A model generated the notes under the pieces. The model was not told the origin of the DNA and did no database searches. It saw nothing but the letters and a program-made list of their open reading frames with translations. Below, piece by piece: positions 16,722 to 30,900 of a stretch of 64,000 bases of DNA. Within the stretch, counting starts at the first letter, position 1. Each line of letters starts with the position of its first letter. This stretch comes from Balanoglossus misakiensis (Eukaryota > Animalia > Hemichordata). Both the position numbers and the translations under genes were made by a program. The stretch spans positions 6,088,791 to 6,152,790 of the forward strand of contig CM082596.2 in NCBI GenBank assembly GCA_040954595.2. The letters are read 5' to 3'.

Positions 16722-18049
16722 CATTGGCCGATATTGAAGCAGAAACAGGTCAATAAATACTTTAAATATTCAATTTGTTTTGCTACCTTTTCCCAATCAT
16801 TCCATGATCTCTGATAATGATATGGTTTTGCTTATTAAGCTTAGTTTTCATCCAAATAAATGATACTTTCTGGATTTGAGCCGCAAGTGAGACGAATGTC
16901 TAAAGCGGAGACTTGGTGTATATTTTACTCTTTTACCAGGGCTATAGAATCATTTCTTTATAACGACTGTAAATGTGTTTGATCACAAGTGAATAAACAT
17001 CATGACTTTTTTATATCTGAGACGATTTTTTTCTTTCTTCATGATTGGCAAAAAAAACTTTGGCTTATTTTGGTATTTCTGGTCATAATTATAAATTTTA
17101 AAACATAATAAATGTCGAGAAGAATGTACTGACAAAAGGAATGGGGCTTACTTGCATATTAAACATCACGCACTGAAATAGGTCGCAATATATGTGTATA
17201 GCAATTGTTGTGCCCACAGAGACATTGGCAACTGACTATAAATTACGGAATATACAGTAAAAATTAGCATGCAAGCTGATGGTGTTGACGCAGTATACAA
17301 TTTTATAAATAATGTATTAACACACACGGAGGAGAGCAACAGTTCTCGTAAGTATACATACCACGTTTTGATTTACTTTATTTCATCTTTTTCATTTCTT
17401 AGTTGCTTTGTAAATTGCCCGATTTGATTTTATAGGGTTGTCATGGAAAATAATGAACTATGTGTTATGGTTGATTTTCTGTAATCCGCTGTAGGCCTAC
17501 CAGTGATCAGTTTGCGAAATCATAACCCGTTTACTCTGTGAGCGACCAAACATTTATCCTTGGGATTTAACGTATTTATGGGAAACATTCAGACATTTTG
17601 AAGAAAATGACAGTGCCGTGATACCTATGGTTGCTCGACCTAACTAAATCTACTCTATAGCCAAAGATGCAGTTGTTAAAAACATAGAAACGGGAAGCAC
17701 CGTGCTCTAAAATGCATAGACCACAGGCACGCTATTTTTGTGCTTCGAATCTTCCTATTTACGACAGAACCTTTTCACACGCAGCTGTAGCACTTCTATA
17801 TTCAAGTGAGCAGCAACAATAAAATTGTAGTTGGCGTAAATCAAGTTCCGTTATCTATATTTAGTTATCAGTGCGTAGGTTGGCTTTGTTCGTATAATCG
17901 CTAAACACGAACAATTGGTTTTCTGGAACCTGAGCTTTGCGGAAAATATTAAGAACAACAACTTTTTGAGTGATTTTATGCGAATGTTAACAGGTAATGT
18001 TCACTTTTGTCTTCTAGTTCATAACACATACTTCTTAGAAGAGAGAAAG

Positions 18050-21000
18050 ATGAGGAGATCGAAATCGATCTTGCCAGTGATTTCTGTGTCTTTCTTGACT
18101 CTCTGTCAAGGTGAGTCTGCTATTGGTAAATTGTGGAATATAGTGTACAGGTTTTGGTACTTTTATGTAATAAATAAGAATATTTCTATATGTATAATTT
18201 TTACCATTTTTTCTGTTTTTAATATTTTTGTAGTGGTATTATCAACACGACAGACCTATGATGCTCCGAGTGCGGAACCAATGCAGGAAATTCCCTCACC
18301 GGGCAGTTCAACTACGATACTCCCTTCAGACGTGGAGGACGCGCCAGTCGTCCGAACAACATCGACATCGACACCAAATCCACCCTTGGAAGCAGTTCCA
18401 TACCTTTTGTCCGCAGAGACCTTTACACAATCGTACCTTCGACCCGAAGTGTTGTCAATTGTCCCAACGAGAGGCCCCGAAAGTGGAGGTACTCTGGTTT
18501 ATGTCCAAGGCACCAATTTTGAGGCAGACCCAGGAAGTTTCTATGACTGCAGTTTTGGATCTGTAGTCACAGAAGGAACGTGGATTTCAACAGAACTGAT
18601 CGTGTGCGTTGCTCCAAAACACACCGTTGGTATTTTCAGTGTCGTCGTCTCTATAAACTACACTGAAATATTTCCATCGGACAATGTAAGTACATTATGT
18701 TTCATGCACATTATCGTTGAACGCACAGACTGTACCCGAAGAACATCAGCGACTCAGTGATTATTTTTTTCCAGACGGAGTACGAGTTCTATTCAGCCTG
18801 CGTAGCTGGGCAGTGCGGCAGTAACTATACTGATCCCCGTGGTGTCTGTGCGTTGGGAGCCTGCACGTGTGACTTTGCATGGTTTGGCGAAGAATGTGAC
18901 ATTGCAAAGAGGGCCCCAAAGATCACACGGATGACAGACAAGATTGTGTATGAAAGTCAGCCACTTCGCATTAATCTAACCACTGATGAGGTGGGTATAT
19001 AACTCGGCATATGTATGTGAGAGATGGGCGGAGGGAGGGATGGGGAGAGAGAGGGGGAGGAGGAAATAGAGAAAGAGAGAAGAGAGAATGATGTAGAGAA
19101 ACAGAGTGGGGAAGAGAGAGTGTGGGAATGAGACAGGGTGGCAGAGGAGAGAGGGAGAGGGGGTGCGTGATGTAGGTTTGTGTGTATATTTTTGTCACGG
19201 TGACGTGTTAGCATGTGTATTCTATATGTGATTATATACTTATACACATCCCATAAAACATTTACATGCTCTTTGACAGGGTTCCCAACCAGAGCAATGG
19301 CATCTCCTGAACAGTCCTGATGGAATGACAGTTGACCCTACAACGGGAATTCTGACATGGGACCATCCTGCAGCAAGAGATGAACCCTATACCATAACCA
19401 TCACCTGCGGTAATATTGTGGGAGACGATTCCTTCAACTGGACTCTGACCGTCTATCATTCCTACAATGTAACCCTGGACTACTTGTCTGAAACGTCACC
19501 ACTGCCGTTTGCTAAACAAGTTGTCTTAGGCGGGAGTGTGACTTTCTTCAGAGAAGCCCAAGAATCTGTCAAAGTTTCTGTCTGGTAGGTTACAGATTTT
19601 TTTTACAGTTTGGTGAAACCGCACATCTCTGATATGTAGCTAGGATTTGTTTGACGGACCAGGTTTTGGTAATGTGGAGCACTACCCAAGTTCAATGCTA
19701 ACATGATACTAAATCATTTGGAAATGTTGCAGGATTTCACATGATGACGTCATCCAAAAGCTTGACACGTGGACGCAAAGTGACAACCGCTTCAACGTTA
19801 CATATTACCCAACATTCCATGAAGCTGGGATATTCTATGTGGTAAGTTACTTGTATCGTACAAACTCTATTGTCCGGTAAGCTGTATACATCGTGTACAT
19901 TGCCATCTTTACTCGTTTCTTAAAGGAAGCAAGACATCCAGGCGATGGTGGTGATTTCCAAGGGATGACGTCATGGATGGTCAATGGTATGAGCCTCTTC
20001 CCAGAATCTGTGGAATATCGACGTTACCTTGGTGACGCCTCCTTTGAAGATGTTGCTTCGCTGAAGAATGTTGGACCACTGACTCTCACAGACATTGCAG
20101 TCGAAGTAAATATCACACGGGCTTATATATTTGGCAGTTTTAACATCACGAGGCGACAGTGGTGATACAAGAATGGTTGGCATCCAAATTAGTGCAAGCT
20201 GTCTTTACCACACTTCGACTTCATCACCCAATGAGTGGTTTTACGAGTTGTTGGTTTGGGCGTGGCACACACCCTTAAATATATAATACAATATACTTTT
20301 TTGTAACTGTTTACTCTCCAGGTTGATCTCAATGGATTGCCTTTAGACGCTGTTAACGTCTTCAAGTGTGGTGCAAGTGTTGTGGATGCTTACTTCCTAA
20401 GGACCTTTCCACAATCAGACACTGAATCCGTCTGTGTAAACATGACAGCATCTTCACCTGTGAATGGAAGCTTGGACATTCTCTTCAGAGCCGAGAATGG
20501 CACATATGTAAAACTGAAGTTCAACGTTGTATTCCAATCGAGGGAAGCTTTCTTGCGAACTGCCCCAGAAAGTTTGGAAGGCAGTGTACAGCGAGGTACC
20601 CAGCAACTGTTCGAGGTGAGATCATATCTAACTCGGTCCAAAATACAAGTCGACTACATTTCAAGGTACATGGCAACCAGTTAAAACCGGAAGCTCGGAC
20701 ATGTAATTGATTTTTGCAATCGTTTTTATTCATAGGTTGTTTTACTAAATGATGGCTTTGACGGGATTGAAGACCTGCAAGTTTCCCTCCCAGAAAATAT
20801 AACCGCCATCTCAGTGGTCTCGCTGAGTTCTGGCGGAATGGCGAACAAAGCTGCAGTAGACATCCCCGGTGGGGATTCTGCAACACTTGTTTTACTGCTA
20901 TCGCCACCACCAGACTTGACCCCCGGGGATTTGTCAGGGAGCTTCCAACTGACCGCAAAGACGACAAACGTCTCGCTGGACTATGCGTTCACCGTGCGAG

Positions 21001-24000
21001 AGGGACCGGTCTTTGATCTGGTCATAGTTGTGGAAGACGAGTACACCTATTTTGGCCAAGAGAAACCCTTGGTCCGCGACGCCGTCGTAACGCTCAGAAA
21101 CCCACAGGAAAAACTGGAGTACAGTGCCAAAACTAATTCATCAGGTAAGTGCAATTTTACGCTGTGTGTTTTGATGTAAGCAAGACATAGTCAATATTGT
21201 TTAAGTTGAAAATCATTTTGAACATTCTTATCATAGGAACAGCAGTGGTTGCCAGTATCAGGGAAGCTGTGTACACGTTGAATGTGAGTTCGCCAGACCA
21301 TGCACCATATACAACTATTATCAGAACATCGCAGATGTCCGGAAATCCGCTTGTCGTGTGCCTCATGAGGACCCCTCTCTCCTACACATGGACTGTGGCT
21401 CCTAAAACTCCAAGGAATGACTATTATATTTCGATGGAGCCGAAGTTTACAGCCGAGGTAACTGATTATGTCAACTCATGCGCTATGTTATATTTCTCAG
21501 TCATCGTACAGATGACGTCACTGATATTTGTCTGTGGCATATGAATACTTTTGTTTCCAAACGCAGGTTTCCATGCCAGTTGTAACAATCGAACCTTCAT
21601 GGATTGATCTGAGCACCTATGAAGACAGCGACACCCTTGATAATGAGATTGTGTTCAAGCTAACAAATAATGGCTTGATAGCTGCTGAAGAGGTTGCACT
21701 GGCTTTACCAACTGATCACCCAACATTGGACTTCGTAATGGTTAGTGGTGGTTAAAATGTATATAATGCCACAATATGGGGGTTCAGATCAGCGAGGAAC
21801 CAAAAATATATTGACACGCAGGTATTTCAAAACTCGTCTAGTATTAAGGAAGAAGACAATGGCGGAACGCAATACTTATAATCGTGAAACCAATGACGTG
21901 AAAGAAACTTATGCCTGCATAGACTGACTGATTGCACCTGGCATATGTATATGAAGTGTATGCATTTTTTCTCTTTATTTAACTGTAGCCACAAAACAAC
22001 TCGATTACCCGTCTGCTCAGCATGACAACGGTTACAGTGCGAGTTGAAGTTCATCAGAAGAACCGACTGCTACGGAGAGACTTGACAGATGCAGCTTGTT
22101 ACAAGGGTCGCCTTGGTTACAACTACGTCACAGACGTGCAAAAGAGCGTCAGTTTCTTGGTCTACTTTGTAAGTTCGCCCTTGGAGTGTATCCCCGATTC
22201 TCGTAAGTATAATTGTCTTAGACTTGAAACTGTTCATGGTAGAATCTCGTCCGCTCAACAACTCTGTACACACCTGTCTAACTCCACAGCAAACTTCATA
22301 AAATGACTTAACGTATGGTGACTTCTTTCAGGTCCGACAAACCCTGCAGACATTGGGGCACCTGGTAACCACATTTACATACCAATTGAATACACACCAA
22401 CTACGTACATCTACTGCGACTGTGCAGATGCCCTCACCGACACGTGCGTCAGAGAGGAACTGCCGTCACCTTTGAACTGCCTGTCTTCAGATGCCACGTG
22501 GAAAGATTCGTTGCTCTTTTACACAGACATTGTCATGCGGTGTGCGGGTGACGTCACCGGGGGAGAAGCTTTGACGTCAGATGCCGAGAAACCCGCAACA
22601 TTGGAATCGTTGTGGACAACTGCCAGGCTTGTGGTTTACCAGTTGTCCGTAGTGAAATTGGCTTCCATCCATTAATAATTGCAATGCTAACATGGAGTCC
22701 ACCACCCTAAGTATTAGCGTTGCATTGGTGTTGGTCTATACCCTTGGGATTATGGTCGCAAACATTTCTTCTATCGGTGTTACTTTTCCCAACTTTTGCA
22801 GTAGTTAAATCGTCCACCAACTAAGTAAACGATTCCCACTAAAATCTCTATTTCTCCAAAGGTGTCTATGGGATTCGGCCGGAACTTGTGGACAGAGAGA
22901 CAGCGACGCAAACCCGGACACTTCCGCGGCTCTGTTGGACGCCAGTCTGGCTTTGCAAAGCTTTCACGAGTTAACCTTAGAACTATTTGGCAGTGATCAA
23001 ATGTAAGTGCATTTTAAGATCCTTTGCGAATCTCGACGTGCGAACTTAACCACGTTTGATTCAGTACCACCACTGATTGTAACTACACTTTTTTCGCGAA
23101 CAGATTATTTTCGACTAACAACTCCTGGTATACGACATTCAAACTAGCCACTGCTGACTTGAGTGATTCCGCACAACTGTTGACTGCCGACGAGTCCGCT
23201 GCGGTCATGGATGAAGCTCCTAACATCCCCAGCGGACGAGACTTTGTCGGTCAGTTTATACAACGTTGGAACAGCACGGTGTTTTCGTGGAACAACGGAA
23301 TTTACGAAAGTGACGGCACCTCGGATCTAATATCGTACAATACGGCCAAGTATTTATCACTGGTGTTCCAGACTTATGCTGGGGAAGCTAGGATGGTATG
23401 TAGCAGACTACCTTTGAGATACAGACATGCGCGCAGTATACACGTACCTTTGGTTTTAAATCTCGCTAACGAAAGTGATTTAACTGCTAATTACCTTTCA
23501 CTTGAATCGACTTTCCATCCATGATGCGTTGCACCTCACCATTGGCAAATCTGCAATTGGTCTGTGAAATTAGCGTCTCTATGTTGATGCTTGAGCGTTC
23601 ATTTCCTCCCTTACATTTGCAAAGTCATACACACAGCTCATTTCTGAAAGAAGAAAAACGATATTACGATATCATTAATGTCTTTTCTTCCTTTGATTGG
23701 CAGGATGGGTACTATGACGCATTCAATAAATTTGACTCCGTATTCAAGAAGTATGTGGAGGCCAAAAAGATGGAGGTAAGCGGATTGAAACATTACTGAA
23801 AAAAGAGGTCGACATAACACTATGTCTTAAATTATTTCGAATTTTTGAGACAACATTTGAACCTTATTTTTCTCTCGTATAAGGTTACTTATGGCTGCGC
23901 ACGTTTGCAAGTTCAAGTTCGAGAAGATTCGGTGTTTACAGGAGGCGTCTTCCACACCAATGTTATGATTGAAAATTATGAATCCGTGGCTTTGAATGGA

Positions 24001-26863
24001 ATAGATCTGAAACTCAAGATATGGCAGTATGGGGACAATTACCAGACGGATGTTACTGAACGTTTCTCATTAAGTGAGTCATGATGCTTATTATCTGTGT
24101 AACCTTCCATGTTACAGAATAAAGGACCAATTCAGCCAATTTATATCATCCACAAGTATCAGCTATGGCATTTCCCCCGCCAACTATTTTGAACGCACAT
24201 ATGCCTTCCTACACCACTACCTGCAGTTACAGCAATACATTAACATTGCATTACAGGTGACCCAGATCTAGTTGGCATAACCTCTGTTGATAGACACAGC
24301 ACATCTGACGGGGAAATTTCAGCGTCTTTCCAGTGGTCAGTAGACGCATTGCAGTCCGCGGCAACAACTGATGATACCGTCTACGCAGTTGGTGGAAATG
24401 TCTCATACCATGTTGGTCAGACCTTTCTGACAGTACCTCTGTTACCCGATATAATCACAATCAAACCAGGCTACCAGCTGCATGTACATTACTTCTTTGC
24501 AAAAGAGGTCCCTGGCAATAGGTTTACCACTGAAGAAGATGAATACATACCATTTAATTTCGGTGTCATGGTAAACAATGGCGGATACGGAACGTTACAC
24601 AACCTCACAATGTTACCACACCAACCAGAGATAATTGATGAAGAGAACAAGTTGCTCAACTTTAAGATATTGGCTTCCATGTTAGACGGGGAACTCACAA
24701 CACCATCCCTGCAAGTTGATTTTGGCACTCTACAAAGTACGCAAACGAAGACCGCTTTGTGGTGGCTGTCGGCCAATCGAACGGGGATCTTTTCGAACTT
24801 CTCGGCAACTTTTGCAAATATCGACGCGCTGGGAAATGCAGAAGTGACGATAGCCGAAGATGTGCAGAGACACGAACTCATACACTTGGTCAAGATCGAC
24901 GCAGGCGTGGAAGGCGATGATGTGCCGGGTTTCTTGGTCAACGACGTCGGTGATGAAAATTCACAGCCCCACTACCTGTACAATTCTTTCACCGGAAACA
25001 GAGATGCAGTGGTCATCCTTGACACGCATACATCCGATGCCATAAACGAGGAGGGAGACCAGTACAAGTTCCTTGAAATTTCGACGCACCTACAAGAGCA
25101 ACGTGGATGGACGTACACTTCTTTTCAAGTACCACAATCACTAGTCCACAGTACTGTGGTTTCGGTGTCTAGAGAAGACGGCAGAGAAATCATCAGCGAC
25201 TATAACGCGTGGATGACTACATCAAATAACGCGTCATTAATTCACATTCTGGACTACTTCACCGAAGAAACGACAACAGTGCTTATTAACTACAATATCT
25301 CGCTGGTTCTCGCCAAAAGTGTACCACCAACCCTCGAAAGTCTCGTATCTGAAGCAGAGGCTGGTGGAGGTTCTTCCATACGCGTACCCACAGTAGACAT
25401 TGCTGCTCCGTCAGGAACCGTGATTTTTGCCATGAACGCCAACGGAAGTAGCGGTGGGCATGACTCGTACATTCTGAAGGGAGCCAATGGAACTGAAATG
25501 CCGTTTGTAATCGACCAGTTGACTGGAAATGTGTCTGTGAGCAGGAACCTCACCTATGACGATGCGATGAGATCGCCATACTTGGTGAAAGTTTGGACAC
25601 TTAGCGATGACGCCACACATCAAAATTACACCATAGAATTAGAAATATACATCATGGCAAACAGAGATGGACCAACATTTACTGAATCGCTATATGACAC
25701 CGAAGTCGACTATGAAGCATCAGTTGGAACTGTCATCTTTGTCGCAAAGGCAAAAGATAATGACACGGGTGACGCCGGAATTGTATCGTACCAACTTCAC
25801 AGCCCCACTGGTGGTGACGAACTTCCTGTTGGTATCGACGCCAGTTCGGGAAACATTACCACCACGCGGAATCTCTCGTATGAAGACATCCTTTCCTCGC
25901 CGTTCGTTGTCACGATATTTGCCACGGACGGAGCTGTTCCACAGAAAACCGGTACGGCCCAACTGAGAGTGTACGTCACTGATGGACCAGCCAATAAGAT
26001 GCCACCAGCCTTTAATGTGTCCACGTCTGTGTTTTCAGTTGGTGCAGACACTCCATCGGGTTCTGTTGTCATCGCAGTGCAAGCTGAGGACAGCGATGAA
26101 GGCGCGGCTGGTGAAATAACCTACTCCATCAAGGACCACGATACTGATGTCCCCTTTGATATTGACCCAACCACGGGGGACATATCCACCAACAGGAATC
26201 TCAGCTACAATGATGTCCTCTCGTCCCCTTTCCATGTTAAAGTATGGGCTGTGGATGCCGGAATTCCTCGCAAGAAGACGAGCATCGAACTGGAAATCTA
26301 TATTCGCGAAAGCCCTCCCTACGTGGACAAGCCAACCTTCGAAATGCCATATTCATATTACCAGACCGCACCATTTCATACTTTAAATGTGTCCACAGAT
26401 AGTGACTTGATTCCACTGACAACAAATATTATTCAAGCAACTAACTCTCAAAAAACGGCACCGTTAACGGCAACCACTGAACAACTTGTGCGATTGACTC
26501 CAACTATTGGCTTTGTTACACCATCAACAATAACCCAGGAACCAGCTCCCTCGCCCACATTAGGTTTCATACAGCCGACCACGATCCAAAAACTGACCAC
26601 AAGTCCGTTGTCAGGAGTTCCCACGCCAAACGTTCTGTTACTTGAGCAGTCAAACCAAGCAAGATTACTTGAGCCTTCAATCCTGCCTACGGGAATTACG
26701 ACGATGCAGACCACAGCGCCGTCATCTTCAAGAACCAAATCAACTCCTACTATTTCTGTTCAAACGTCGACAGTGTCTTTTGAAACAAAGTCACCATCGG
26801 CATCTGTGGTCATTCAGCAGCTACAGACACCAAATCCACAGATGGAAGGAAGCCCATCACAGA

Positions 26864-26946
<83 letters not shown>

Positions 26947-27528
26947 CCACCACCACCGCCGCCGCCATCACCACCACAAAATCAAGGACCAGAATCTCCT
27001 GACAATCCTGGCAAACAACAGGCACCACCACCACCGTCAGAGAATAAGGCACCAGCGATCCCTAACCAACTCCCAAAGCTACCACCACTGCCAAATGTGA
27101 AACTACCACAATTGCCTGGTAACCTCCCAAAGCTACCCTCACTGCCAAACAAAATACCACCAGCAGTTCAACAAAAGCCAATAGGAGGCCAAACAGAGGA
27201 GAAACCAACGCCGCCAATTGAAAAACTACCCATCGCTCCACCCGCCACAGACAACATTCAGCACTTGCCACAACCCACGTCTTTGACGATGCCAGTCACG
27301 CAACAGAATCAAACATCAACTGAAAGAAATACCACAACTACCACCACCACCAACACCACGACCGTGTACACCACTGTAATTCCGGACAAAAGTCAATCTG
27401 TCGAAAAAGCCCAACAGTTGGCACTTACTGCTCTCACTATAGCCGCTGCCTTTGCCGTTACAATTGCTAATGTTATGTCTGTAGTCTTCGTCGTTTGGAT
27501 TTGTCGGTATAGAGAGGAATATTACTAG
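18050..27528 (+). CDS. Giant type-I cell-surface protein of about 2300 aa in 17 exons: signal peptide, IPT/TIG, EGF-like, putative Ig, long beta-rich module, 3 cadherin-like repeats, Ser/Pro/Thr stalk, TM, short tail
   Basis: Exons 18050-18110, 18234-18685, 18775-18990, 19280-19584, 19733-19841, 19926-20105, 20322-20615, 20736-21144, 21237-21457, 21567-21740, 21989-22202, 22332-about 22626 (donor uncertain), 22862-23002, 23104-23395, 23704-23775, 23884-24073, 24257-27528. Motifs: PTRGPESGGTLVYVQGTNF (TIG), CTCDFAWFGEEC (EGF), PDGMTVDPTTGILTW (putative Ig), AKDNDTGDAGIVSY and AEDSDEGAAGEITY (cadherin), hydrophobic C-terminal helix. Confidence 0.85.
26866..26946 (+). repeat. Coding (TCA)27 poly-serine microsatellite
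   Basis: Pure TCA run, in frame in the last exon, followed by poly-Pro. Confidence 0.95.
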
Positions 27529-27929
27529 AGGTCAAACCTGAAGTATAGTACTGTAGTCAGTCTGGTTTTCCAGAATAAAACAAACAAAAAGACGCAAAAA
27601 GGTGTTATACATGTGATTTTCTTGTTCGTTTGTATTTGAAACTTTCCATAATAACTCGAATTTTCTATTTTTTTCAATGGAAACTTCTGTAAGCAGATAA
27701 AGATATGTCTATGCTTCCTCTTTGATATTATTCCTGTCTCAAATAAATTAAAAAGAAACATGTGTGGACTTTTTTCTTGTTATGAGTTAATGGTTACGCA
27801 GTTCCGTACAGACCGAGGTTGTAGCGCGGATAATTCTAATCTAGCTAGGGGGTCTGACTATAAGCTGGGTCATGAAGAGGTCAACGTTGTCTATTTTGCG
27901 CATGCTCTTTACATGATAGGAATTTCAAA

Positions 27930-30900
27930 ATGGCGGCGGCAGTGGTAAGTAAAACTAAACCGAGAATTTATATGAAAATTACTGAGTTGACGATGATTTT
28001 ATTGCTCATCGGAAGGGTTGAGTTCGTTCTTTACATCTTAGCCACTGTCTTGACGGGTTGTGTGATCGACCGAGGCTAAATACGGCGCCATGGCGCAGTT
28101 TATCGACCCTGTCGACCTATGTCAATTGCTCAAACTGTACCGATTGTCATGTCAACATAAACATCTGATGGTTTGCGACAAGGTACTGGCACACCCACAT
28201 AGCTTGCTGATAGATGGTGTGTGTTCTTTCATATTGCAGGCAACTCCTGTGAAACCGAGGTCATTGCCACCTCTGACTTCTGGTAGTGATCCAGGTAGGT
28301 GTTTATAGCATTGGCTATTCAGATGGACGCATCTGTGGTACATGTACACAGTGAGACTTGTGTTGTTAACAGAAAGACCTCTATTGGGGTCTCTCTTGTC
28401 AACAGAGAAACATGTGCATGATCAATGACATGCTCCAAGCAATTCCTTAAAGGTGGCCATTACTTTTGTCTGGTATTCAAGACTGCCATTATTGCAGTCA
28501 TGTTTGTCAGGGCGAAGTCATTCCTATTCTTCTTGACAATGAACCATTAGCACGTTGTTGAGCAAAATGCTACAGTTATAGGGTTTCTTTCTCTCTCTGC
28601 GCAGATGCTCTCCCGACATCCGCAAAGAGTGGCAAGCGAAAGAAAAAGAAGAAGCCGATCACAGACAGTAAGTGTCTCTTAGAAATATCATGCAAACATG
28701 GCAACACATTTTGAAGAGTTTGTATATTATTTGGCTATTCTTGCACCTATGTTTTCTGTGATGCATCTCATAGTGATACTTATTCTGCAATAACACCAGC
28801 CTCTGTTCATTCACTGTCTACTCGCAGCTGTTGAAACCAGTGATTCCCCGGCCACTGCAAGCACCAGTCGGCAGAACGCGCTGGAGGAGTTAGAGGCCGA
28901 GGACAAGCTGATGTCCCTCTCGGGGAGCAGCGAGAACATCCTGACTGAGACGCCGAGAAAGAGGAAAAAGAAGGCCTCGAGTAAACTTCGTCACGGCTAC
29001 GATTTTGAAAGTGGGGCTGAAGGTAAGATTGTAGTCTGCATGTACAAATCTTAGACATGAATATGTCCATTGTAATGTACTGCAGACTGTGTTGGGATGT
29101 TATGTTCAAAATTGACATGGTATTCAGGTATTGAACCAGTTTAAGTCTATTGTACGTGTACATCCTGCCTGCATCTTGTACAATATGTAAAAGGACCTGA
29201 CAAGACACAGCTGACATAATGACCACATAATAAACAAACTTTTGTATAAACATTCAATTGATTTCCATAACTGTGTTCTCATATCAGCTTTTCTGATGTT
29301 TGTCGTGTACAATTTACAGCTGAACTGCGTGGAGGCGATGAAAATCATATCAATAATTTGAAGTCTTCACCGAGTGCGGCCAGGAGAAGACGAGCAAAAG
29401 GTAATAAATGGTGTTCCAGATATTTTGTAGTTGCCTGAATGCCGGAAGTTTAGGCCTCCTGAAAATCAAACCAGTTTCCATGGAAACTGATAATGCACAA
29501 GTGATGTTCAATGGTCTGAACTGAAGATGTCGCTTTGCACAGGCAAACAGAGTCACTAATAACTTCTCATACTTTGTACATCCAGAGACGACCTCCAGCG
29601 GTGCCAAGAGGGTCCCTCGATCGGTGAGTGAGGAAATTCTCCAACAAGAACAGAACGGGAGTGTGGAGTCGGCCAGAGAGACCACGCCCAGGAAGAAAGC
29701 CAAGCCGAAAACAAAAGGTGGGTCAGTCGCACTTGAAATCTAACTTGGGTAACAATTCCCTCTGTATTACCCTACAGCCTGATGCAAAACCATGCTGACC
29801 AGATCATCACGCATGTAGCCGTAATAGGAAGTTATGCATGTGTGTAAGTTGACATGGCTCATTTTCATTGCAAAACTCAAATCTATTTTTGTACAGAGGA
29901 GAGTCCAGACGGTGGTGATGATGGAGGGGAGACATCAAGAACACCAAGATCAAAACCACCCTCGGGAAGAAAACCCAAAAAGCGAAAACAGCAAAGGTAT
30001 GAAGAACGTTGAATTGTACAAGTTTCTTCTCCAGTGTTAACTCTTGCATCATTGAGGAAGTTGGTGAGAAATGCCTGCTGTTCGTGCAGACATGCATACA
30101 GGGAACATCAGCAACATTTTTTCGATTTGTAGAGGGCACACTATTCCAAGATGTCCACTTATTGAGTGATGATGCATTCAGGATTGTGATTTCACTTCTT
30201 GATTTATGAAAAAGGAAATTTCTTGTTTCAGAATCGCCATGTCTGCAGATGAAGACTACCAAGCAGATGGAGAAGGTGAGACTGAAAACAAAAATGGTGT
30301 ATACACCTTTTGTCTTACTGACATGAACATCACATGGTTTTGACATCCTGTCATGTTTGTACTTACGTGAAATATTCCTACTGTGTCTTTTACTACACTA
30401 CTTCTAAATGTGAATATTGACTAACATCTGCAACATAAACAAATAAAACATTATTCATTTTATGGTTATAAATATAGAAATAGTTGTATTTCAAACAAGT
30501 TGGTTTATTTTACAATCAGAATTGATAATCATCAAATAATATTTTATCCCATGTTTTGATATTAGTTTCGGTGGATTTTATGGTTCATGATGAAGATCTC
30601 GTCACAGGAGATAAGGAAAGGTCGAATGATATTCCAATGCAGTCACATATGACCACATTACCCAGCCAGCCGACCAATCGTTTATTCATGGAAAGAAAAA
30701 GTAAGTCTAATATGCTTCTGTTGCAGATTTACTGTTGGTGAAGTTGAACGTTATGTTGTTTCCTTTTAGGTTTTCCTTGATAAGAGTTATCAAAATTCAG
30801 AATGTATGGATCACTGTGCTACTGGATAAAATTAAAGCTGTGTCAACAAAGTACTGTATTGTTTGTAATCTCATCATAGAAATTGAAAACCTCTATGTTG

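Noticed and set aside
17915-18049. N-terminal extension of the 281-aa ORF
   Set aside because: Non-ATG start and intron-like sequence; ATG 18050 gives a plausible signal peptide followed by a strong donor
26642-27100. Poly-His and poly-Met ORFs
   Set aside because: Alternative frames of the (TCA)n poly-Ser tract
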